Positions 39,575 through 46,482 of a stretch of DNA of 46,482 nt are shown piece after piece (the stretch's first letter is position 1; each line of letters opens with the position of its first letter). The notes beneath the pieces were generated by a model. It had not been told where the DNA came from. It did no database searches and worked only from the letters and a program-made list of their open reading frames with translations. The DNA comes from Candidatus Krumholzibacteriales bacterium. Lineage in GTDB: Bacteria; Krumholzibacteriota; Krumholzibacteriia; Krumholzibacteriales; WJIX01. Location: contig JAWODM010000042.1 of the NCBI GenBank assembly GCA_046483305.1, positions 1 to 46,482 on the forward strand, written 5' to 3'. The position numbers and the translations under genes were made by a program.

Positions 39575-40003
39575 TTACACTTCGAAGAATTCCTTGAAAT
39601 CATCCGGAAGAATGCTCTTCATATCTTCCATTTCACCTCTGGAAATCCGGCCTTCCATGGTCTTGAATACAGCCTTTATCGCCACACCGGCCTTATCCTT
39701 TTTATCTTCGGGAAGGCCTCCGGCAACTCTGGACCTGAACTCTTCGGCAGATCTTATCTTTTCGGGTTTGCCCGCCGGGTGCCAGCCTTCATAATACAAT
39801 CCGCTCAGCACCATGGGCATCTGGGCGGCAAGATCTGCTGCCTGCTGTACGCTGAGCCGGTCGCGCAGAGCATGCAGCACCGCTCTTATTACCTGATAGG
39901 CATCCTGCTCATCGTCATAGAGCAATTCTTCCTTCACCTCTTTCAGCCATTCCCTGGTTTCAATGACTGATCGATCCAGTGAACGCAGTCCTGTAATACT
40001 CAA
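39575..40003 (-). CDS. DUF2267 family protein
   Basis: AYQVIRAVLHALRDRL...LAAQMP...YEGW; TTG start after AAGGAGG. Confidence 0.9.
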   Translation of the reverse strand: MSITGLRSLDRSVIETREWLKEVKEELLYDDEQDAYQVIRAVLHALRDRLSVQQAADLAAQMPMVLSGLYYEGWHPAGKPEKIRSAEEFRSRVAGGLPEDKKDKAGVAIKAVFKTMEGRISRGEMEDMKSILPDDFKEFFEV

Positions 40004-40128
40004 GGTTTCAGGCCTCCTTTCCTTCTCCGGCCAGAAAACTCCACAACAGGGAAAGATGGCACTGCCGCCTGCACAGCGTCATCTTCAATCCCTTCTATTT
40101 AATATTGGGAAATAACGCGGCCGGGATT

Positions 40129-40166
40129 TAATTGACTAAAGTTACATTATGCTGATGATATTCCCG
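40129..40166 (-). promoter_or_regulatory. Regulon box copy, upstream of DUF2267
   Basis: Minus strand CGGGAA-TATCA-TCAGCATAATGTA-ACTTTAGT-CAATTA. Confidence 0.55.
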
Positions 40167-40275
40167 GTCCGTTGAATTCCCCGGCTGAATTGACATGGTT
40201 TATTGTAATCTGTCCACTCAGCGGCAACGGGTATCATCTGTATCTCGAGAACTGCCTCTCACTGGAAAGCCCGAT

Positions 40276-40560
40276 TCACTTAAATTCCGACATGGCCGAC
40301 TTCACTGCTTTTCCTATTTCGTCGAAAGCTCTTTCAACTCCCTGCTTCAGATCCTCCCAGGCCCTGCTGTCCGATTTTTTCAATTCTTCCAGTTTGCTCC
40401 TGGCCGAATCTCTCCTGGCTTTCAGTTCTTCGACACGCTCTCTGTACTCCTCCCTGTTCTCGGCCTTTGCCCTGTCCAGCTTCGCTTCCAGCTTTTCTAT
40501 GTCGGCGTCCCATTCCCTGAGCTTTGCCGCGAGTCTGTCAATATGCTTTTCTCTGTCCAT
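40276..40560 (-). CDS. Small coiled-coil stress protein (KLxEWDAxIxKL...AWEDLKxG type)
   Basis: Recognisable motif of a widespread small coiled-coil family of about 95 aa. Confidence 0.85.
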   Translation of the reverse strand: MDREKHIDRLAAKLREWDADIEKLEAKLDRAKAENREEYRERVEELKARRDSARSKLEELKKSDSRAWEDLKQGVERAFDEIGKAVKSAMSEFK

Positions 40561-40798
40561 TTCCGACCTTTCTGCTGAAGGCCCCTACCGGCCTCTGCCA
40601 ATCTTTCCGCTTTCAATTTCAGAATAAGGGATTATCCAAATCCTGTCAATCTGTCATGGGGAGAAATCATAAAACGAATCCTGCTTCTGATAGAGATATC
40701 TGCGGTCCGGCCGAAAAGAACAATTTTATCCTGATAAGGAGATATTATTAACACGGTAATTTCACCCTGCCCCGACAGGAAGGAACTTACAGAGCATA

Positions 40799-41173
40799 AT
40801 GCAGATTATCAGGGACCGGATTTCCTTTGAACAACTTGGAGAAATTGCGGAAAGCGGTTTCGGCAGTTTCGTAAAAGCTGTCGTTGACGTCAACACCGGG
40901 GTTATGGCTATTGACGCGGAGGTTCACCGGGCAACCAGCCGGAAGAGAAAAGGGAACGGGGAGTATTCCCGCATGGCTTTATACCGGGCGCTCGAACTCA
41001 TTGACCTGACCGCAGCCGCAAACAGGGACAGTTGTCCAGGATCAAAGGAGATCCTGAGGGTAAGGGAGATGCTGGCCGATTTCCTGGACGGTGATAACAG
41101 GTATAATTCTACCGAAAGGCAATGGGAAAAATGTTTCCATGGCTTCACCTGCCTGGCCCGCAGGGACCGCTGA
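40799..41173 (+). pseudogene. In-frame fusion of a DUF5674-like N-terminus to the C-terminal part of a second conserved hypothetical protein
   Basis: MQIIRDRIS...FGSFVKAVVDV...MAIDAEVH switches directly to RA...KGNGEYS..A..RALELIDLT...KEILRVRE...GDNRYNST. Family assignment is from memory. Confidence 0.55.
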
Positions 41174-41174
41174 A

Positions 41175-42821
41175 TCAATCGGCGGTTGTTATCCTGGCCT
41201 TCTCAAGATTTGCCGGTTCAGGCAGCCTGGATACCGGATAGGGGAGCAGGTCCCTCCTCCACTGGCTCACCAGGTACCGGTCGAAGAAGTTCCATGTTAC
41301 CAGCCCGTCCCCGCTCTGCGGCTCCAGCAGCTGCGCCGCCAGGTTCCCCAGCGGCTGAGCGGTGGTTATAAACAGGGTTCCCGCCGGGAAACTCTTTTTC
41401 ACCCTTTCAAAATCACCCTTCAGGGATGTCAGGTAGTGTCCCTGGTAGAGATAATCGGCCCGGTTTATTTCAGATGTTCTGAAGACCTCCACCTCCAGCT
41501 CGGCCGGGGTGGTCAACCTCTCCAGAACAATCCCGTGGCTGAGGATAACATCAATTATATCGGGGTCGGGGTAAGGCATCAGGTAGGCGTAGGGGAACCC
41601 GGCCCTCTTCGAAGGCACGAAATCGGCCAGGTAGGGTATCCTGTAATCCACTTCCTTCTGCTTCTTCCTGACCCTGGGCCAGCCGCGCTCTCTGGATATT
41701 ACCTCCATCTCGTAGCCCCGGATCAGGACCTTCCGCTCCAGGGGCTGAACTTCCATTTCCACCACGAATGAATCCCGCGGCGAAGTCTCTCTCCACCTCT
41801 CAACCGCCCACCTGTCCGCTTCGGCAGCCAGACTCTTCATCTTCTCCAGGTGAGAGGCGGTATACCGGGCAATGGCCAGAAGAAAGTTATAACACCCGTA
41901 TACCCTGGTCCTGTAATCGGCGTACACGTAATTCTCGTTCAGTATGGCGAATCTGTTTCTGAGCCCCACGTAGTTGGTCAGATAACGTATATTCTCGTTG
42001 TAGGTCCTCCATCCCTTCTCCGGTTCCGCCGGGTCGGCGAACCTCCCGTAAGGTACCGAAAGGGTACCGTAATCCTTCTCCAGTATGCCGGCAATCTCCG
42101 GCATTATCTTCTCTCTCATGCAGCGGATAATTTCATTGGAGCCGTTAGGGTTCAGCGGCCAGGAATAGGTGACCGGCTCCCGGTGGTAGGATCCGTTGGT
42201 GGTGTGGCAGTCAACCATCAGCAGGGGATCCCAGCTGTTCATTACCTTCTCCACGAAACCCCGCACTTCCGGGGTCTCCAGCTTGACGCAGTCCCGGTTA
42301 AGATCCAGCCGCTGCCCGTTGTACCTTACCCCCACTCCCATTTCAGGGCCCTCCTGGTTGGTCCGGTTATCCAGGCTTACCTTCTCGTTTCCGTCCGCGT
42401 TGAATATCGGAGTTATCAGTATCACCAGCTTATTCAGCAGCCCCCGGTGTTTTCCGCTCAGTATATCCCTGGCCAGCATCAGTACCGCTTCCTTGCCTTC
42501 CACTTCTCCGGGATGGATGTTGGCCTGCAGGTAGATCACCCCTCTTTCATCTTCAGGCCCCGGAGGAGCATACGGACAGGGGGCTCCCAGAATCAGAAGC
42601 GGGACCTCTCTTCCCTCCACACTCCTGCAGAGAGTTTCCACCCGGATATCCGGGCTGATCCTCTGCAGCCGATCTATGAATGAAATTACATCACTGTACC
42701 CGGAAGTATCCGTAAAACCGCTCTTTTCCGCTACCGTCAGTAAGTCCTGTCCCGCCGCGGCAGGAACAGAAGCTATAAAAAGAACGGCGATTGCCGCGGC
42801 TGCCAGTGAGAATCCTCTCAT
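41175..42821 (-). CDS. M14 family zinc carboxypeptidase, exported
   Basis: Signal peptide, SVEGR, HPGE, NADG, LNRD, DCH. Confidence 0.9.
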   Translation of the reverse strand: MRGFSLAAAAIAVLFIASVPAAAGQDLLTVAEKSGFTDTSGYSDVISFIDRLQRISPDIRVETLCRSVEGREVPLLILGAPCPYAPPGPEDERGVIYLQANIHPGEVEGKEAVLMLARDILSGKHRGLLNKLVILITPIFNADGNEKVSLDNRTNQEGPEMGVGVRYNGQRLDLNRDCVKLETPEVRGFVEKVMNSWDPLLMVDCHTTNGSYHREPVTYSWPLNPNGSNEIIRCMREKIMPEIAGILEKDYGTLSVPYGRFADPAEPEKGWRTYNENIRYLTNYVGLRNRFAILNENYVYADYRTRVYGCYNFLLAIARYTASHLEKMKSLAAEADRWAVERWRETSPRDSFVVEMEVQPLERKVLIRGYEMEVISRERGWPRVRKKQKEVDYRIPYLADFVPSKRAGFPYAYLMPYPDPDIIDVILSHGIVLERLTTPAELEVEVFRTSEINRADYLYQGHYLTSLKGDFERVKKSFPAGTLFITTAQPLGNLAAQLLEPQSGDGLVTWNFFDRYLVSQWRRDLLPYPVSRLPEPANLEKARITTAD

Positions 42822-42844
42822 AATCCGTTTCCTTTCCCGCCGGG

Positions 42845-44245
42845 TCAGTTACTGATCCCACCTTCGGCCTCCCGCCTGCCGATCACCCGTAAAGGGGCCA
42901 GCCCGTCAAACTGCTCCCGGGTGGCGGAATAATCCGTAAGCACCACTATGACTCTTTTTCCTGAAATAAAGTGCCGGGTTACGCTCTCCCTGACTCTTTC
43001 AGAAGACAACGCGTCTATGCTGTCGGCGAAAGTGGCGAAACAATCCCTGTCCAGCCCGAAAATATGTATATCCGAAATCCGGTCCGCTATATCTCCGCCT
43101 GTTTCCATCATGAAGGGAAGGGCTCCCTTGAAATATCTCCCGGCTCCCGCCAGTTCGCTCTGCCCGGCCCCCTCCCTGCCGAAACGGTCCATAACGGAGA
43201 GCACACCGTCTATGACCTCCCGGACCTGATCGTTACCGGTATAGGTGAACACCCCGAAATATCCGGCATCCCTGAAATATCCGGCCGCCGTTCTGATCCC
43301 GTAAACCAGGCCTTTCTCCTCTCTCAGTTTCCGGTACAGCCGGGATGTTCTTCCCTGCCCGAGAATCTTGCTGCCCAGGGTCAGCGCATAGTAATCTCCG
43401 GTATTCCTTCCCGGAGCGGGCCCTCCAATCCTTATCTCGCTCTGGGTTACTCCCGGCTGGTCTATTATCAGCACCCCGGCTTCAAAAGCCTTCTCCCCTC
43501 TTCCGGCTGAGGCCTTTTCTTCTCCGGGACCTTCTGCTTCCCATCCTCCGAAATATTTCCCGGCCATCTCTACTGCTTCCGCCCTTTCGAACCGGCCGGT
43601 TATCACCAGAGCGGTTCCTTCCGGGGTGTAGCGCCTCCGGTGGAATTCTCTTACATCTTCTATGGTAATTCCTTCAACCGTCTCCCTGTAGCCGGATACC
43701 GGGTGAGCGTAACCGGCCGGAAGTACAGCCTCCGTGAATATATCGGTAACGAAATCATAATACCTCCTGGAACCGATATCGGAGAGCGTGCGGCTTTTTT
43801 CCTTCTCCAGATCTTCAGCCGGGAATTCCGGAAAGATCAGAACTCTGCTGATCAGATCCATACCGGTCTCCAGGTCCCCGCTGATGAAACTTCCCTCTAT
43901 AATAACTATATCCCTGCCCGGCCGGACCGAGACTTCGCCTCCCACCGATTCAATCCGGCGATAGATCCGGTCTTCGTCCAGCCCCCCCGCCCTCTTCATG
44001 ATCATTCCTGCCGTCAGGGAGGACAGCCCTTCCATACCGGGGGGATCGAATACCGAACCGGCGTTGATGATAACCTGAAGAGTCACCAGGGGAACCTCTC
44101 CGCACTCAGCCGTATAAAGGGTTACCCCGCTTCCGGTTTCGGCAATCCGGTATTCGGGAAAATACCCTCCGCCTTTTCCCGCCGCAATGGGCGCGGAGAT
44201 TATTAAAATCGATACCACAAGGGCTGGCCCGGATGAAAATCTCAC
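42845..44245 (-). CDS. M16 family peptidase, non-catalytic subunit
   Basis: AGSVFDP.GxEGLSSLT (no HxxEH), ILG.G..SRLY..LREEKGLVY. Confidence 0.88.
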   Translation of the reverse strand: MRFSSGPALVVSILIISAPIAAGKGGGYFPEYRIAETGSGVTLYTAECGEVPLVTLQVIINAGSVFDPPGMEGLSSLTAGMIMKRAGGLDEDRIYRRIESVGGEVSVRPGRDIVIIEGSFISGDLETGMDLISRVLIFPEFPAEDLEKEKSRTLSDIGSRRYYDFVTDIFTEAVLPAGYAHPVSGYRETVEGITIEDVREFHRRRYTPEGTALVITGRFERAEAVEMAGKYFGGWEAEGPGEEKASAGRGEKAFEAGVLIIDQPGVTQSEIRIGGPAPGRNTGDYYALTLGSKILGQGRTSRLYRKLREEKGLVYGIRTAAGYFRDAGYFGVFTYTGNDQVREVIDGVLSVMDRFGREGAGQSELAGAGRYFKGALPFMMETGGDIADRISDIHIFGLDRDCFATFADSIDALSSERVRESVTRHFISGKRVIVVLTDYSATREQFDGLAPLRVIGRREAEGGISN

Positions 44246-45582
44246 CTCTGACTCCCCGCTTCCATCAGTATAACCACATTGCTGTTTTCCGGCCGGAAGT
44301 ACTTTTCCGCCACTCTGACCACATCGGCGGCCTTCACCTGCCGGTACCGCCGTTGAACCTCGTAAATCTTTCTGTAATCGCCCAGAAGGACCTGATATCT
44401 TCCTATCCTTCTGGCGCGGCCTGATATCGGGTCCATTCCGCGAAGGTAACCGGCCTCGATCATCTTCCTGGCTCCGGCGAGCTCATCATCGCCGATGCCA
44501 TCCCGGACAATCTCTTCCATCACCGAGTAAAAGGCTTCCTCTCCTTCCCGGGTATCATGCCCTTCCCGCATCCTGACAGTCACTATGAAAAGAGCCGGAT
44601 CTATCCGCCAGGGGAAGAAGGTGCTTACACTGGCGGCGATATCAAGATCGCTGACCAGGCGGGAGGGAAGGCGGGAAAACCTGCCCCCATCAAGTATCAT
44701 CTGCAGGATGTCCAGGGGATAGATGTCCTCAGAACCGGCCGGGGGAGCGCGGAACCCGATCTTCAATACCGGCAGCCGCCACCTCACATCCAGGGTGTCC
44801 CTTCTCTCACCGCTCTGCGCCGGTTCCCCGGGGATATTATCCTCCGGGAGTTCTCCGGAAGGGATAGAGCCATAATGCACGCGGATCAGCTCCATTGCCT
44901 CCGCAGCGTCAAAGTCGCCGGCCGCCACTATCACCGCGTTGGCGGGAAGATACCGGCTTCGGTAATACTCCAGGCAGTCCTCCCTGGTGAGAGCTTCCAC
45001 ATCCCGGGCAGTCCCTATTTCGGGCCAGCTGTAGGGGTGTTCCTTAAAAGCGAGATTGAACAGCTTCTCGCGCATTCTCCCTCTGACTGAATTATCCACC
45101 GTTCGGAGCCTCTCCTCAGCCAGAACCTTCTTTTCCTTTTCAATATCTTCCGGCATGAATCTGAGGTTCCTCATACGGTCCGCCTCCAGCTCTATTACCT
45201 TCTCCAGAAGATCCCGGTGAAACTCAGAGCTGTATACGGTCATATCCCTGGAGGTTGACGCATTGGCGGTCCCGCCGCGGGTTTCCAGCAGCCTGTCGAA
45301 CTCCCCGCTCCCGTACCTCTCCGTTCCCTGGAACATCATATGCTCCACCAGCTGAGAAATTCCCCTGATCCCTCTCCTCTCGTTGCGGCTGCCTGCCCTG
45401 AAGAAGGTCTGATAACTCACTACCGGAACGGAGTGGTCTTCGTGCAGGAGAACCCTCAGTCCGTTATCCAGCACTTCCCCGCTCACCCCGAATTCCGGCG
45501 CGGGTCTCTCGCATGACAGGTAAACTATAATTATCGCGGTAAGAATGGTCGGGAGCAGCGGAAATTTTAAGAATCTCTTCAA
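44242..45582 (-). CDS. M16 family peptidase, catalytic-type subunit with variant QxxEH motif
   Basis: LDNGLRV, GSRNE..GIRGISQLVEHMMFQG, NAST, EADRM, EER, HPY. Probable TTG start at 45582 with a lipoprotein-like signal. Confidence 0.88.
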   Translation of the reverse strand: MKRFLKFPLLPTILTAIIIVYLSCERPAPEFGVSGEVLDNGLRVLLHEDHSVPVVSYQTFFRAGSRNERRGIRGISQLVEHMMFQGTERYGSGEFDRLLETRGGTANASTSRDMTVYSSEFHRDLLEKVIELEADRMRNLRFMPEDIEKEKKVLAEERLRTVDNSVRGRMREKLFNLAFKEHPYSWPEIGTARDVEALTREDCLEYYRSRYLPANAVIVAAGDFDAAEAMELIRVHYGSIPSGELPEDNIPGEPAQSGERRDTLDVRWRLPVLKIGFRAPPAGSEDIYPLDILQMILDGGRFSRLPSRLVSDLDIAASVSTFFPWRIDPALFIVTVRMREGHDTREGEEAFYSVMEEIVRDGIGDDELAGARKMIEAGYLRGMDPISGRARRIGRYQVLLGDYRKIYEVQRRYRQVKAADVVRVAEKYFRPENSNVVILMEAGSQR

Positions 45583-45616
45583 GACGCTGTCTTTCCGGAG
45601 CAGGCGGTCCCGGCGC

Positions 45617-46009
45617 TCACGCTTTCGCTGCCCGCCTGAGCCCCTTTTTTTTCCTACGGTTATAATTCCTGGCCAGCTCCAGGAAAATTTCCAGGTCGTT
45701 TTCAAGATCTATGGGGCTTCCGTCGAAATAGAATGATCTTATCGGGATGTCATCATGGTCTCTGCTCAGCGCGGGGTAGACCGCCTCGGATACGATACCG
45801 TTCATACAGGTGAAAGGGCTGATATCGATTATCCCGTCCACACCCTTTTCATAGAGGTAAATCGCCTTTCCAACGCTGAGTACCATCTCTCCCTTGGCGC
45901 CCTCAGGGGGCAGGTAATAGGAGCTCATATCCAGTACCTCTTTGATATCATGGGGCTCCTCCATATCGGAAAGCTCCTCCCTGAGTGGTTCAAGGATGGT
46001 CTTCTCGTA
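45617..46009 (-). CDS. 3' part of an acyl-CoA dehydratase-activase-associated protein, 5'-truncated at the junction near 46010
   Basis: GEMVLSVGK...GVDGIIDISPFTCMNGIV...FDG, typical of the C-terminal module of these proteins. Confidence 0.7.
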   Translation of the reverse strand, partial: YEKTILEPLREELSDMEEPHDIKEVLDMSSYYLPPEGAKGEMVLSVGKAIYLYEKGVDGIIDISPFTCMNGIVSEAVYPALSRDHDDIPIRSFYFDGSPIDLENDLEIFLELARNYNRRKKKGLRRAAKA

Positions 46010-46481
46010 ACAAGAGCCGCTGCTCCGTTTCCATCCCGGCACCACCACCACCAAAACCTCTCTGCGGAGGCATCCTGAATGTGAGGTCGACCAGTCCATC
46101 GGTCATGCCAATATTGGAGATCGTCATCCGCACCACATACACATCGCCATACCCATCACGGGTGAGGAAATAATCCGGTGAAGAGACCAAAAATTCGGGC
46201 AGCTGGTTTCCTGTTTTAATAAACTCCAGGTAGGGAGCCATCTCCACACCGAAATCATCTTTAAACCTGGCTGCAAAATCTTCAAAGGTGATCACAGAAA
46301 AGAGGTGGTCTTCCAGGTAGTAATAGAGGAAATTGTCAAATTCGGTCGTTCCCACGCGGTCCTTCAGCGCCAGGAGTACAAAGCTGCCCGACTGGTTGAG
46401 GGCAGCAGCCGAGAGCTTCGCAGTCTGCCTGGTCAATATTTCTGTCAGACTCCGATCCTTCAGGGCGAGATTGGCCCTTTC
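46010..46481 (-). CDS. Internal fragment of a large unrelated protein (weak M1-aminopeptidase-like region), open at the window end
   Basis: Uninterrupted frame ERANLALKDRSLTEILTRQ...VRMTISNIGMTDGLV...TEQRLL; nucleotide style differs from the neighbouring genes. Confidence 0.55.
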
Positions 46482-46482
46482 A

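Noticed and set aside
2537..45090. Many long antisense or overlapping ORFs in the track (e.g. 2537-3445, 15603-16478, 35316-36164, 41850-42683)
   Set aside because: Shadows of well-supported genes on the opposite strand in GC-rich DNA, with no motifs of their own.
1..46482. CRISPR array, transposase or prophage genes
   Set aside because: No regularly spaced repeats and no recognisable Cas, transposase, integrase or phage structural proteins.

Overview
Bacterial DNA, moderately GC-rich, with about 45 genes and one tRNA-Leu(CAG). Most of it (about 2.3-40.6 kb) is a dense stress/dormancy cluster: ftsH, CBS, PRC-barrel, OmpA/MotB, superoxide-reductase-like, M50-CBS protease, Ca-type P-ATPase, UPF0182, DUF72, PfpI, PfkB, HPF-cold-shock fusion, HdeD, LigA, PolX, Fpg, PRTase, a Balon/baeRF-like factor, OsmC and DUF2267. 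It also holds a soluble signalling set of two paralogous PAS histidine kinases, three stand-alone receivers and one REC-AraC regulator. The main observation is a recurring 38-bp intergenic element, about GTRGAA-N5-TCAGTAAATAGTA-N8-CAATTG. I found 11 copies plus one partial copy by eye. Each full copy points toward the downstream gene, and in most its 3' end overlaps a -35 with a -10 16-17 nt further on. Its 21-bp direct-repeat period suggests an AraC-family activator site, so the cluster may be a self-contained regulon whose gene set resembles the mycobacterial DosR dormancy regulon. Other points: three genes collapsed by in-frame deletions, a probable CTG start, a kinase with a degenerate CheB-like domain, an AT-rich ASCH islet, a peptidase cluster at the right end, and chimeric-looking junctions at both window ends. 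All family calls come from recognising motifs by eye; no database search was run.
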